DNA of 64,000 bases from an uncultured Bacteroidota bacterium (GCA_942493315.1 OW818690.1:2311275-2375274), one strand, 5' to 3'. Counted from the stretch's first letter, positions 1 through 9,661 are shown. Translations and numbers: made by a program. Notes: a model not told the origin generated them from the sequence alone.

Positions 1-116
1 ATTGCGGTTTGTGCCCTTCTCAATTTAGCTGCAGATACCAATTTCATAGCCCCGGTGATCTTTTGAGTGGATTGAACCGAGCTAATTCTGATTCTAATTT
101 CTTTTAAGCTAGCCAT
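1..116 (-). CDS. atpG: ATP synthase F1 gamma subunit, first 38 codons (gene runs off the window start)
   Basis: Reverse complement of 1..116 reads [38 protein letters not shown], a canonical AtpG N-terminus. It starts 29 nt downstream of the atpA stop, in the usual atpA-atpG order. It is absent from the ORF track because no stop lies in the window. Confidence 0.85.
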   Translation of the reverse strand, partial: MASLKEIRIRISSVQSTQKITGAMKLVSAAKLRRAQTA

Positions 117-144
117 ATAGATGGAATAAGTTTCAAATGATCAA

Positions 145-1734
145 CTATTTTTCGTATTGTTGTGCAACCTCTTTACAAACGGTTTCAAGGATGGTTGTCA
201 CTTGATCGTCAATGATCCCTTTTTTAATCGTTTCCAATATATCAGGATGTGAATCTCTCAGAGTCATAAGGTAAGTAGCTTCAAAGTTTCTGATACTTTG
301 AACAGGGACTTTTTGAAGTAATGATTTAACTCCACAGAAAATGATAGCAACTTGTTCCTCCACTTTGAATGGTGTGTATTGGGCTTGTTTTAAGATTTCA
401 ACATTGCGAACCCCTCTATCCAATACGTTTTTAGTTACTTGATCTAAGTCAGAACCAAATTTTGAAAAAGCTTCTAATTCACGATATTGTGCTTGGTCAA
501 GTTTTAAAGTACCAGCAACTTTTTTCATCGATTTGATTTGTGCATTTCCCCCAACTCTGGATACTGAGATACCCACATTGATTGCAGGACGAACTCCTGA
601 GTTGAATAAGTTAGTTTCCAGGAAGATCTGACCATCAGTAATGGAGATCACATTGGTTGGAATATAAGCAGATACATCACCGGCTTGTGTTTCAATGATT
701 GGAAGAGCTGTTAATGAACCACCCCCTTTAGCAATCGGTTTAAGCACTTCAGGAAGGTCATTCATTTGAGAAGCAATCTCATCAGATTCAATGATTTTTG
801 CAGCTCTTTCCAAAAGTCTGGAGTGTAAGTAAAATACATCTCCGGGATACGCTTCACGTCCCGGTGGACGACGAAGAAGTAAGGATACTTCACGATATGC
901 TACGGCTTGCTTAGACAAGTCGTCAAAAATAATCAAAGCTGGGCGACCTGAATCTCTGAAAAACTCACCAATAGCAGCACCGGCAAAGGGTGCATAAAAC
1001 TGCATTGCGGCAGGGTCAGATGCTGTTGCTGTGATCACAACGGTGTATGGCATGGCTCCTTTTTCAGTCAGTGTTTTAACGGTATTGGCTACAGACGAAC
1101 CTTTTTGTCCAATAGCTACATAGATGCAATAAACAGTTTCACCTTTATCATAAAACTCTTTTTGATTAAGGATGGCATCAATGGCAATAGCTGTTTTTCC
1201 GGTTTGACGGTCACCAATGATCAACTCACGTTGTCCTCTCCCGATTGGAATCATCGCATCAATCGCTTTGATACCGGTTTGAAGGGGTTCTTTAACGGGT
1301 TGACGGAAAATTACACCGGGTGCTTTTCTTTCGATAGGCATCTCATATAGGGTTCCGGTGATCTCCCCTTTCCCATCAATAGGTTCTCCTAAAGTGTTGA
1401 TTACACGACCTAAAAGTCCTTCTCCCACTTTAATGGAGGCTACTTTTCCTGTTCTTTTACAAATATCGCCTTCATTTAAGGTTTTGGCTTCACCAAGAAG
1501 TACAACACCTACGTTGTCCTCTTCCAGATTCAAAACAATACCCATAATATTGTGTCCCTCTTTTTCAAAGGTTACCAACTCTCCGGAAAGAGCATTTTGT
1601 AATCCGTAAACACGTGCAATACCATCCCCTACAACAAGAACAGTTCCTGTTTCCTGAAGTGTTGTTCCGGCATCGAAATTTTGAAGCTGTTGGCGAAGTA
1701 TAGCAGTTACTTCTGATGGTTTAATTTCTGACAT
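145..1734 (-). CDS. atpA: ATP synthase F1 alpha subunit
   Basis: 529 aa. Walker A GDRQTGKT, plus the typical alpha-subunit blocks [44 protein letters not shown] and ITDGQIFL. Confidence 0.97.
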   Translation of the reverse strand: MSEIKPSEVTAILRQQLQNFDAGTTLQETGTVLVVGDGIARVYGLQNALSGELVTFEKEGHNIMGIVLNLEEDNVGVVLLGEAKTLNEGDICKRTGKVASIKVGEGLLGRVINTLGEPIDGKGEITGTLYEMPIERKAPGVIFRQPVKEPLQTGIKAIDAMIPIGRGQRELIIGDRQTGKTAIAIDAILNQKEFYDKGETVYCIYVAIGQKGSSVANTVKTLTEKGAMPYTVVITATASDPAAMQFYAPFAGAAIGEFFRDSGRPALIIFDDLSKQAVAYREVSLLLRRPPGREAYPGDVFYLHSRLLERAAKIIESDEIASQMNDLPEVLKPIAKGGGSLTALPIIETQAGDVSAYIPTNVISITDGQIFLETNLFNSGVRPAINVGISVSRVGGNAQIKSMKKVAGTLKLDQAQYRELEAFSKFGSDLDQVTKNVLDRGVRNVEILKQAQYTPFKVEEQVAIIFCGVKSLLQKVPVQSIRNFEATYLMTLRDSHPDILETIKKGIIDDQVTTILETVCKEVAQQYEK

Positions 1735-1761
1735 TATGATTTGAATTTATATTCGGTGAGA

Positions 1762-2319
1762 TTAATATGAAATTTTATATTTGTTTTGGGAAAACTCTGT
1801 TTTAAGACGTTTGATTTTTGAGATTAATGATCCGTCAACCAATAGATCATCCACTTTAATGATTACCCCTCCAATAATGTTAGGATCTATAGTTATTTTG
1901 GTTTCAATTTTTGCATGCAATTCACTTTCCAAAAGGGTAACAATATTTTGGATTATATCAGGATTTAATGGGGATGCAAATGTGATATGAGCTACTTTAA
2001 TATTGTGATCTATTTGATAAATCTGAATAAACTGATCCAAAATGGAATAAATTTCAGGTACTCTTCTTTTTTTGATAATTAAAAGGAGAAAATGTTTTGT
2101 AACTTCTGTAATTTTTCCTGTAAATAGAGAGATGAAAATATTGTTCTTTTTGTACATGGGAATATGGGGTGATTCTATCACTTGAATGAGTTCCATATTT
2201 TCCTTTAAAACCTTTTTAATCAAAGTGATATCAGAGAAAACTTCTTCCATATTTCCGGTGGTTCCGGCTATATCAAATAGTGCTTGAGCATATCTGTTTG
2301 CGAGTTTAGGATTTTTCAT
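1762..2319 (-). CDS. atpH: ATP synthase F1 delta (OSCP) subunit
   Basis: 185 aa, the right size for OSCP. The N-terminus has the OSCP-type ..RYAQALFDIA motif. It lies immediately upstream of atpA on the same strand. Confidence 0.85.
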   Translation of the reverse strand: MKNPKLANRYAQALFDIAGTTGNMEEVFSDITLIKKVLKENMELIQVIESPHIPMYKKNNIFISLFTGKITEVTKHFLLLIIKKRRVPEIYSILDQFIQIYQIDHNIKVAHITFASPLNPDIIQNIVTLLESELHAKIETKITIDPNIIGGVIIKVDDLLVDGSLISKIKRLKTEFSQNKYKISY

Positions 2320-2341
2320 TTTTTCATTTTAAAAAAGTGGG

Positions 2342-2349
2342 CAAAGATA
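2342..2349 (-). promoter_or_regulatory. Candidate Bacteroidota sigma-A -7 box (TATCTTTG on the minus strand) for atpH-atpA-atpG
   Basis: Matches the TAnnTTTG consensus, 23 nt upstream of the atpH ATG, in the 80-bp divergent intergenic region. The motif is short and can arise by chance in AT-rich DNA. Confidence 0.4.
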
Positions 2350-2414
2350 CAAATTTATAACAAATATTTTGAACCAAAATTCAATATTTTTTTCAAAAGA
2401 TGCTAAAAAACCAC

Positions 2415-2422
2415 TATTTTTG
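2415..2422 (+). promoter_or_regulatory. Candidate -7 box (TATTTTTG) for the TrmH-family gene
   Basis: TAnnTTTG match 17 nt upstream of the ATG at 2439. It lies inside the longer ORF-track model (2400), which argues for the 2439 start. Confidence 0.4.
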
Positions 2423-2438
2423 CCAAAAAATCAAAAGA

Positions 2439-2969
2439 ATGAAAAAATTATCAATGGATGAGCTTCAACGCAGCACTATCGAAGAGTTTAAAAATGTTGA
2501 AAAGAGTAGGTTAGTGGTTGTTTTGGACAATGTAAGAAGTATGAGTAATGTGGGCTCCATTTTTAGAACTTGTGATGCATTTGCCATTGAGAAACTATAT
2601 TTATGTGGAATTACTGCTCAACCACCTCATAAGGAGATCACCAAAACTGCATTAGGAGCAACAGAATCTGTTGACTGGGAGCACCATCAGGATGTTGTTG
2701 AGTTGGTTCACTATCTTAAAAAGGAGCAATACAAAGTGTATTTGGTGGAGCAAACCGATCATTCCATTTTTTTGAATCAATACAAGTACAACAGTAATGA
2801 AAAAGTTGCTATAGTCTTAGGCAATGAAGTGTTTGGTGTTGATGACCGACTACTTCCTATTTGTGATGGAGTGATTGAGATTCCCCAATTTGGAACCAAG
2901 CACTCCTTAAATGTCACCATTGCGGGTGGTATTGTGATCTGGGAAATCATCAAACAAATGAAATTTTAA
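2439..2969 (+). CDS. TrmH/SpoU-family RNA 2'-O-methyltransferase
   Basis: SpoU-type motifs are present: VVVLDNVRSMSNVGSIFRTCDAF, AIVLGNEVFGV and SLNVTIAGGIVIWE. The start was moved to MKKLSMDELQ (2439) because of the upstream -7 box. Confidence 0.8.
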   Translation: MKKLSMDELQRSTIEEFKNVEKSRLVVVLDNVRSMSNVGSIFRTCDAFAIEKLYLCGITAQPPHKEITKTALGATESVDWEHHQDVVELVHYLKKEQYKVYLVEQTDHSIFLNQYKYNSNEKVAIVLGNEVFGVDDRLLPICDGVIEIPQFGTKHSLNVTIAGGIVIWEIIKQMKF

Positions 2970-2990
2970 TATTTTTATATTTTAATATTT

Positions 2991-3352
2991 TTCATTATTC
3001 ATTCGTCTTTTGTCCTTTGTCCTTTGTCCTTTGTCTTTTTTTTTGGCATTCCGGCTTTCCTAACCCACAAACCAACCCACGCCGTCGGTCTCCGGCCCAT
3101 ACTCCTCGTTTCGCTGCAAGGGTCTGATCGGCCGGGCAGGAGCTCCTCCGTCGCTCTGCCCGATCCGACATCCCCTAAGCAGCTCAACTTGCGGGGTATT
3201 TGGCCTCCGCCCTAATGCAGACTATTGACGGGTGACAGGAGAAGTTCGATGTTAAACGTTTGACGTAAAACGTTCGACGAGGTCAGTCTGAAATTGTACT
3301 AAATTATTCATTATTCATTCGTCTGTAGTCCGTAGTCTGTGGTCCGAAGTCT
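2991..3352. repeat. Composite intergenic repeat element, copy A (short-unit tandem modules flanking a GC-rich core at about 3051-3215)
   Basis: Modules read ttcattat, gtcctttg, acgtttaacgttcgac and gtagtccgtagtctg around a GC-rich core. It is homologous in inverted orientation to 14909-15503, with the same module order and shared blocks such as caatttcaRactRacctcgtcgaacgttt. Confidence 0.8.
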
Positions 3353-3616
3353 TGTTATAAATCTCGCTAAGACCGCTGAGATCCCTGATTTTATGTTCTT
3401 TGGCCTCTCTGTGATATTTATCTTCGTGTCCATAGTGTTAAAATTAAAAGTTTAAAAAAAAATAATTAAAAAAGTTGTATTTTTGTCGCCTATAAAACAC
3501 TAACCCATCTTGCACAAAAGATGACAGAATTTTGCTTCTTTGTTGAAAAGTGAAAATTGTAACAAATTAAATAACCTCTCCTAACTAAGGAAAACACTTA
3601 ATTAAATATCAATAAT

Positions 3617-5224
3617 ATGAATATTAATATCTTGGATTGCACTTTGCGTGATGGTGCATACATTGTCGATTCAATGTTTGGATCAACTGCAATGAAGGGT
3701 ATTATCAGTCACCTTCAGGATGCACAAGTAAACCTCATTGAAGTTGGTTGGCTTAAAGATAAACCACATAAAGAAGGTTCATCTTTCTACCATGTACCTG
3801 CGGATATAGAACCGTATTTATTAAATAAGAATCCCAATAGTCTTTATGTGGCTATGATTGACTGGGATAGATATGATGATTCTGCTCTGCCTGTGTATGA
3901 TGGAAAGACAATTGATGCAATTCGAGTGGTTTTTCCACTTGGCAAGCATAAAGGATGTATTGCAATTGGTGAAAGAATTAAAGAGAAAGGTTATATTGTA
4001 ATGTATCAGGCTGCCAATACTCTTTCCTATAGCAATGATGACCTTATTGAGATGGTAAAAGATATGAATGTTTCCAAACCTGCCTCATTATCAATAGTAG
4101 ATACTTTTGGTGCGATGTATGAAGAAGATTTGGAACGCATAGCTACATGTTTAGATTCTTATTTGGACAAAGATATTAAATTAGGAATTCATACTCACAA
4201 TAACCTACAGATGGCCTTTGCATTAACGCTAAAGTTCATTAATCTGATGAAAAATTCAGGCCGTGATATAATTGTCGATGTGAGTTTGTCAGGTATGGGA
4301 CGTGGAGCAGGTAATGCTACTACTGAATTGGTTGTAAACTATCTGAATAAGAAAATGGAATGCTATTACAATGTGGATGCTATTATGGATGCTATTGATG
4401 TCTACATGGGATATTTCCATGAGAACTATGAATGGGGGTATTCGACTCCATATTGCATTTCAGGTATGTATTGTTGCCATGTAAATAATATTGCATATCT
4501 TTTGAATAACCATCGTACCAGTTCTAAGGATATGCGCGTAATTATTGAATCTTTGTCTCCTGAAGACCGTTTAAAATATGACTATGATTTATTAGAACAT
4601 AAGTATATTCAGAATCAAAGTCGATATATTGATGACGGAAAGGCGATAGAGAACTTTAAAAAGGTACTTGTTTCAAAAGATATTCTATTGTTAGCCCCTG
4701 GTAAGACATCGATTGAAGCACAGGAAAAAATATTAGATTTTATCAAGAGTAATAAGCCTGTAGTGATTGGAGTGAATGCCATTATTCCTGGTTACAAATA
4801 TGACTATCTGTTTTTTGTGAATCCTGCTCGTTATGAATATGCTCAAAACAGCTATCCTGCAGTTTTCAATGAAACGAAGAATATAATACTATCTAATATA
4901 AAACAAGATGCCTGTGAAAATGAAACTGTTGTGGGTTTCAATACTGTTATCAAACGCGGTTGGCAGCACTATGACAATGCAATGATTTGCGCTTTGCGTT
5001 TCGTTGATAAACTAGGTATTGAAAATATTTCAATTGCCGGTTTTGACGGTTTCCGTCATAAGTATAATGAGAGTTATGCAGATTCATTTTTGCCATCATT
5101 AAATCCTGACAACAAATGGGATGAGTTAAACACGGAAATCTCTGAAATGTTTGAGGACTTCAAGAAATATTCAACCAGTTGCAAAAACATATATTTTGTG
5201 ACAGAAAGTTTGTTTAATAAATGA
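3617..5224 (+). CDS. DRE-TIM metallolyase (HMGL-like aldolase) domain protein fused to an unassigned ~200-aa C-terminal domain
   Basis: 535 aa. The N-terminus ILDCTLRDGAY and the GIHTHNNLQMAFA metal-ligand motif are typical of the 4-hydroxy-2-oxovalerate aldolase / HMG-CoA lyase-like TIM barrel. I could not assign the C-terminal part (LLLAPGKTS...VIGVNA...IAGFDGF) from memory. Confidence 0.65.
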   Translation: MNINILDCTLRDGAYIVDSMFGSTAMKGIISHLQDAQVNLIEVGWLKDKPHKEGSSFYHVPADIEPYLLNKNPNSLYVAMIDWDRYDDSALPVYDGKTIDAIRVVFPLGKHKGCIAIGERIKEKGYIVMYQAANTLSYSNDDLIEMVKDMNVSKPASLSIVDTFGAMYEEDLERIATCLDSYLDKDIKLGIHTHNNLQMAFALTLKFINLMKNSGRDIIVDVSLSGMGRGAGNATTELVVNYLNKKMECYYNVDAIMDAIDVYMGYFHENYEWGYSTPYCISGMYCCHVNNIAYLLNNHRTSSKDMRVIIESLSPEDRLKYDYDLLEHKYIQNQSRYIDDGKAIENFKKVLVSKDILLLAPGKTSIEAQEKILDFIKSNKPVVIGVNAIIPGYKYDYLFFVNPARYEYAQNSYPAVFNETKNIILSNIKQDACENETVVGFNTVIKRGWQHYDNAMICALRFVDKLGIENISIAGFDGFRHKYNESYADSFLPSLNPDNKWDELNTEISEMFEDFKKYSTSCKNIYFVTESLFNK

Positions 5225-6996
5225 AAAAAGTTTCTGATATTATTTTTGATTATATTGCTTCCCTGGGCGTAAAACATGTGTTTTATTTACCAGGTGGAGG
5301 CGCAATGCACTTGAATGATTCGTTGGGTCATCATGAAGGACTGATATCAGTATGCATGTTGCATGAGCAACCATGTTCCATAGCAGCTGAAGCATATTCA
5401 AGAATCAGTGAAGGTTTCGGTGTTTGCCTTGTTACTTCGGGACCTGGAGCAACAAATGCTATCACCGGATTGGCTGGAGCTTGGCTAGACGGAACCCCCG
5501 TTGTTTTTTTATCAGGACAAGCAAAAATAGCTGATCTCGTTAATGGCCAAGGAATACGTCAATTTGGCATTCAGGAGATTAATATTGTCGATATTGTTAG
5601 TCCCATCACTAAATATGCCGTTCAAGTTCGAAATGCAGAAGATATCTTGTTCGAGTTAGAGAAAGCAACCACCCTTGCAACTGAAGGAAAGCCTGGACCT
5701 GTCTGGTTGGACATACCACTTGATATCCAAGCTTCAAGGGTATCTGTCGATGAATTGAGACATTATGATGTTCCTCGGACAAAATATGATTGCGATGAAG
5801 ATGATGTCTTGAAGACCATAGAGATGCTTAATAATTCAGAACGTCCATTAGTCTTGTTGGGCAATGGAGTCAGACAGGCCAACGCAATACCTGAAATGCT
5901 GGAACTAATTGAATACCTTCAAATACCTGTAATGACGACCTGGAATGGAGTAGATTTGATTGAAGATGATAATGCATTATTTTTTGGAAGGCCTGGAGCA
6001 GTAGGTCATCGTCATTCAAACTTTATACAGCAGAATGCCGACTTTGTACTTACAATAGGAACACGTTTAAATTTGCTTTCTACCGGTTATGACTTTGACA
6101 GTTTCTTGCGGAAGGCAAAACATGTGATGGTGGAGATTGATGAGAACGAAATGAAAAAATGCAGCGTTCATCCCAGTCTTGCTATCCATGCTGATGCAAA
6201 GTCGTTCTTACAGATTATGCTTTGCAAAAAGGATATGATTAATAATAATCCAAGAAACTCATGGTGGAACTATTGTAATGATATCAAAGCCAAGTACCCA
6301 TTGTTTATTCCGGAACAGGCACCTGATGGCGAAGGGGTAAATACATATACTCTAGCAAATTATATTTCAGATAAAATGACTTCAGATGATATCTATCAAT
6401 TTACCAGCTCTGGTACTGCTGTAGATATTCCTATGTATACATTACGTTTCAAGAAAGGCCAACGGGCATTCACGACAAAAGGTCTTGCATCAATGGGCTT
6501 TGATTTGTCTGCATGCATTGGATCTTGCCTTGCTTCTGGTGGTCGTAAGACAATTTGCATCACCGGAGATGGCGGTTTTATGATGAATGTTCAGGAACTG
6601 GCTACACTTCATCATTTAAACCTTCCTGTGAAATTATTTATCCTTTGCAACGATGGTTATGGAATGATATATAACTCTCAAGTGGGAAACTTTAAGCGTT
6701 TAACAGGGTGCACAGTTGACAGTGGATTACTGCTTCCGGATATCAGAAAGGTTGTAGAGTCTTTTGATGTGAAGTGCTTCAGTATTGAACACGAGTCCGA
6801 ACTGGAAAGTGTTATTGATGACGTTTTTGGATTTGAAGGGCCAGCCGTATGCACAGTAAAAGCATATATTGGTCAAAAGATTATGCCTCGCCAAACAAAT
6901 TTCATGAAACCTGATGGGCAGATGGCATCTTGCCCGTTAGAGGACATGTCGCCACTTCTAGATAGAGAAGAGTTTAATAAAAACATGCTTTCATGA
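5221..6996 (+). CDS. Thiamine-pyrophosphate-dependent enzyme (acetolactate-synthase-like large subunit family)
   Basis: 591 aa. N-terminal TPP pyrimidine-binding region VKHVFYLPGGGAMHL..VTSGPGATNAITGLAGAW. C-terminal TPP motif GDGGFMMNVQELATL...LCNDGYG. Its start overlaps the upstream stop in ATGA, suggesting translational coupling. Confidence 0.85.
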   Translation: MKKVSDIIFDYIASLGVKHVFYLPGGGAMHLNDSLGHHEGLISVCMLHEQPCSIAAEAYSRISEGFGVCLVTSGPGATNAITGLAGAWLDGTPVVFLSGQAKIADLVNGQGIRQFGIQEINIVDIVSPITKYAVQVRNAEDILFELEKATTLATEGKPGPVWLDIPLDIQASRVSVDELRHYDVPRTKYDCDEDDVLKTIEMLNNSERPLVLLGNGVRQANAIPEMLELIEYLQIPVMTTWNGVDLIEDDNALFFGRPGAVGHRHSNFIQQNADFVLTIGTRLNLLSTGYDFDSFLRKAKHVMVEIDENEMKKCSVHPSLAIHADAKSFLQIMLCKKDMINNNPRNSWWNYCNDIKAKYPLFIPEQAPDGEGVNTYTLANYISDKMTSDDIYQFTSSGTAVDIPMYTLRFKKGQRAFTTKGLASMGFDLSACIGSCLASGGRKTICITGDGGFMMNVQELATLHHLNLPVKLFILCNDGYGMIYNSQVGNFKRLTGCTVDSGLLLPDIRKVVESFDVKCFSIEHESELESVIDDVFGFEGPAVCTVKAYIGQKIMPRQTNFMKPDGQMASCPLEDMSPLLDREEFNKNMLS

Positions 6997-7305
6997 AGTT
7001 GCATTTGATTTGGGATATGGACAGGTTTTATTAAGAACGTGCTTTCTCCAGACACGCTTCAAAGTGAGTTCGGCCGTGTATTGAAAAAGTTAGAATTGTT
7101 TCAATTTTTCAAGGATCAATATCCAGCATTTAAAGCAATTGGAATTGGCGATATGGCTGGGGATGTACTATGCGCAAATGCTGTAGGTTATGAATCCGTC
7201 GGTGTCTTGTGGGGTACTGGAACATGGGATGAATTGGTTAAGGCTGGAGCAAATTTCATTGTCTCCGATGTTAACGAACTTAAAGACATGTTAAATAGAT
7301 ATTGA
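6993..7305 (+). pseudogene. HAD-superfamily phosphatase remnant with a large internal deletion and frameshift
   Basis: The ATG at 6993 overlaps the TPP gene stop and reads MKLHLIWDMD, which resembles HAD motif I (DxD), before stopping after 13 codons. A different frame (7039..7305) encodes only a HAD C-terminal part, GIGDMAGDVLCANAVGYESVGVLWG (motif III/IV region). The cap and core between them are missing. Confidence 0.7.
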
Positions 7306-7315
7306 TGGATTTGTG

Positions 7316-7622
7316 AACCCAATTTAAAAAGTTTTGAAGATTTTTTTAATGTTCAAAATTTCTCTTATTGACGAAAAAGTATTAAAAGGTGAAATCTCGT
7401 CATGAAGAAGTAGTAGTGACAATTTTCCAAATTGGAAACTGCAATGAATCGGATTAAGATTTGTATTAATAATTTGATAATAAAAAAATATCACAGAGTT
7501 TCACAATGTTTAAAAGATGTATCACAGTGAAGATAGGTCTGAATTTTTAAATTTACAACCCACCGCCTTGTTCATAATCCCCAAACGGGAACTGCCGTAA
7601 ATGGGGTGGTTGCAAGTGATGT
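7316..7622 (-). repeat. 0.3-kb repeat, copy 1: Rhs-core 5' fragment (7562-7620) fused to a shared non-coding tail
   Basis: The minus strand reads ..TCNHPIYGSSRLGIMNKAVGCKFKNSDLSSL*. I saw only 2 mismatches by eye across ~250 bp against 11993-12250. The tail contains cacagagtttcaca-type words. Confidence 0.85.
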
Positions 7623-7994
7623 TTATTATATTTAACACGCAGTTTTTCAAGTTGTTCTGAATTGTTAAATATTTATCAAGGCTTTAAAGTAAAATTATCA
7701 GTAATTTCTGAAATAAATATTAATTTTTCTTTGTTACTAAAATCTATTTTTGGAAAAATCATAATATCTGTCATAATTGGGTATACCCTTTTATTTACAT
7801 TATCAACTATATAAACAAAATAAATTTGATTTGAATCGTAAATGATAATTCCTCTTATTGGATTATACGGTTCACAATAATTATATATTCGCTTGGATTT
7901 AATTTCCTTAATACACATTTCTAAGGTATCTTTATTCAATTTAGTAACTATTGAATCATAAATAGAAATAAACCTAAAATTTTTATATTTTGAT

Positions 7995-9407
7995 TCACTA
8001 TTGTCCGATAAAAATTAAAAATATTATATTTTGGACTGTATAGTGTTGAATATCAATATGAATAATTTCTAATTTTATCAAAATTGAAAAGTAAGCCCCC
8101 CTAGAAGAGGGTCAAATCTACTAAATTTTGTTCTTGTTTTTGCCAATCTTTTTCAGGATTTTCAAGAAATTTATTCAAATGTATATAATTAAAGAGATGA
8201 ATCCGACAAAAACTAACTAGATTTGAAAATGCCCAAGGTCGTTTGAGCTGTTTTTGAATGACTGTAAATAATAAATTAACAATTAATGCACAGTATATCT
8301 GTATTTTGATTGCATTTTCATTGTCTCCAAGAAAATATTTTAAAGGAAAGTTTTGTTTTAACTGTTTGAATAACAATTCTATTTCCCAACGAAGTTTGTA
8401 AATAGCAGCTACTAAATCTGGTCTCATTTCATAAAGATTGGTCAGAAATTCAAATTCTCTTTTCAATTTTCGATCATAAAATCTCACTTTTCTTAATTTT
8501 ACTTTTTGAACATTTTTATTTTCATCTTTAAAACTAACCTCAATAATTGTATCTTCTAGTACTCCACTATGAATGCAATCTTCTATTAATAATTCTTCTG
8601 TAACTGAATAAACCGCATTGTCTTTAATCCTGGTCACAAAACCTACATTATTGTCACTAAATAATTTAAATGCTTGATAATCATTATATCCTTTATCAAA
8701 AACATAAATTGTATTTGGATCTAGCTTTAATTTTGATAGTAAAAAATGATCATGTCTTGCAGACTCCGTAAACCAAACCATTTTAGGAACCAGTTCATCA
8801 ACATTGATAATGGTATGCATTTTGATTCCACCTTTTCTTTTACCATTTATCGGATTCCTTCCAACGCACTTTAAAATATCTTGAAAAAGACTAATTGTTG
8901 TACTATCAAAAATTTCAACTTGTCTTTTAATTACATCCTTAATTCGGCTGTCCGAGATCAAATGACCATATTTTTTTAACAAATCATTATAAATTCCGGC
9001 AAAAAAATCAGAGGATCTGCGCTTATTTGCATCTGAAAGTGTGCTTTTATAAGGAATATTAAGCAGTTGAAAATGTTTTGTTTTTCCCGACAGCCCTAAC
9101 ATTGCTCCGGAAACTTCCCTGAGTGAGCTACACTTGGCAAATACACAAAAGAGCATGCTAATTAAGTGATCCTTAGCCATAAAGCGTTTTGTATAATGGT
9201 TTGCTTTATGCTTTTGGGCGTTTTTGAAGATAATATTATTGTCAATATAAGAAATCAGCTGTCCGAAAACAGACTGACCAAAAAAATTCGTATTTTTGCT
9301 CATTGTAGGTTTATATTTTGGTAGATACAAAACTACAAAAAAGAGTAATGGGGGTGGATTGAAAAATTACCCCCTTACTTTATAACTTTTTTATCGGACA
9401 ATAGTGA
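7995..9407 (-). mobile_element. IS4-family insertion sequence (1413 bp) with 20-bp perfect terminal inverted repeats and a 7-bp target-site duplication
   Basis: The IR TCACTATTGTCCGATAAAAA at 7995-8014 has its exact reverse complement at 9388-9407. The direct repeat TTTTGAT flanks the element at 7988-7994 and 9408-9414. It contains a single 409-aa transposase ORF. Confidence 0.9.
8101..9330 (-). CDS. IS4-family DDE transposase
   Basis: 409 aa. The N-terminal region FGQSVFGQLISYID...HYTKRFMAKDHLISMLF resembles the DUF4372 type, followed by a DDE domain (FDSTTISL..., VFDKGYNDY..., YKLRWEIELLFKQLKQ). Confidence 0.85.
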   Translation of the reverse strand: MYLPKYKPTMSKNTNFFGQSVFGQLISYIDNNIIFKNAQKHKANHYTKRFMAKDHLISMLFCVFAKCSSLREVSGAMLGLSGKTKHFQLLNIPYKSTLSDANKRRSSDFFAGIYNDLLKKYGHLISDSRIKDVIKRQVEIFDSTTISLFQDILKCVGRNPINGKRKGGIKMHTIINVDELVPKMVWFTESARHDHFLLSKLKLDPNTIYVFDKGYNDYQAFKLFSDNNVGFVTRIKDNAVYSVTEELLIEDCIHSGVLEDTIIEVSFKDENKNVQKVKLRKVRFYDRKLKREFEFLTNLYEMRPDLVAAIYKLRWEIELLFKQLKQNFPLKYFLGDNENAIKIQIYCALIVNLLFTVIQKQLKRPWAFSNLVSFCRIHLFNYIHLNKFLENPEKDWQKQEQNLVDLTLF

Positions 9408-9661
9408 TTTTGATTGAAAAAATCGATCTTTTTGTTTAAGAATTAAATGAACTTTTTCATTATTATTCAAAAATAAAACCAAATCGGTTTCAAATATTTC
9501 TATACTATCAACTGTACAAATGGGTTTTATACTATCATTTATTACAGTTTTATTTCCATAAGTATTGAAAATACTAATGAAAAAGATCCAAAATATAACC
9601 TTTTTATTTATTAATTTTTGCATTTGATTTTTTATTATTGAGTTTTCTTTGATTCATGATA

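Larger units (their letters stand above)
7676..9623 (-). pseudogene. Secreted hypothetical protein gene (~175 aa) split by an IS insertion
   Basis: Removing 7995..9414 (the IS plus one TSD copy) joins ORF 9375..9623 (signal-peptide-like MQKLINKKVIFWIFFISIFNTYG..FFQSK) in frame to YKNFRFISIYDSIVTK and then to ORF 7676..7939. The last 10 aa of the 82-aa ORF (SLLSDKKVIK) are encoded by the IS end. Confidence 0.8.

Noticed and set aside
2999-3215. ORFs of 62-63 aa on both strands inside the GC-rich core of repeat copy A, with analogous ORFs at 15005-15193 and 15451-15651 in copy B
   Set aside because: The two homologous cores share no conserved reading frame. The translations are low-complexity (Arg/Pro/Gly/Ser-rich) and the ORFs extend into microsatellite words. 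They are most likely artefacts of GC-rich sequence in an AT-rich genome.
7039-7305. 88-aa ORF as an intact small gene
   Set aside because: It is only the C-terminal third of a HAD hydrolase with no catalytic motif I/II. The matching N-terminal stub sits in another frame at 6993. It is called a pseudogene instead.
8075-9385. aaagtaag + C/G-run words near both ends of the transposase ORF, as the IS termini
   Set aside because: Only 8 nt match and the following runs are C versus G. The true termini are the perfect 20-bp IRs further out (7995 and 9407), with a TSD.
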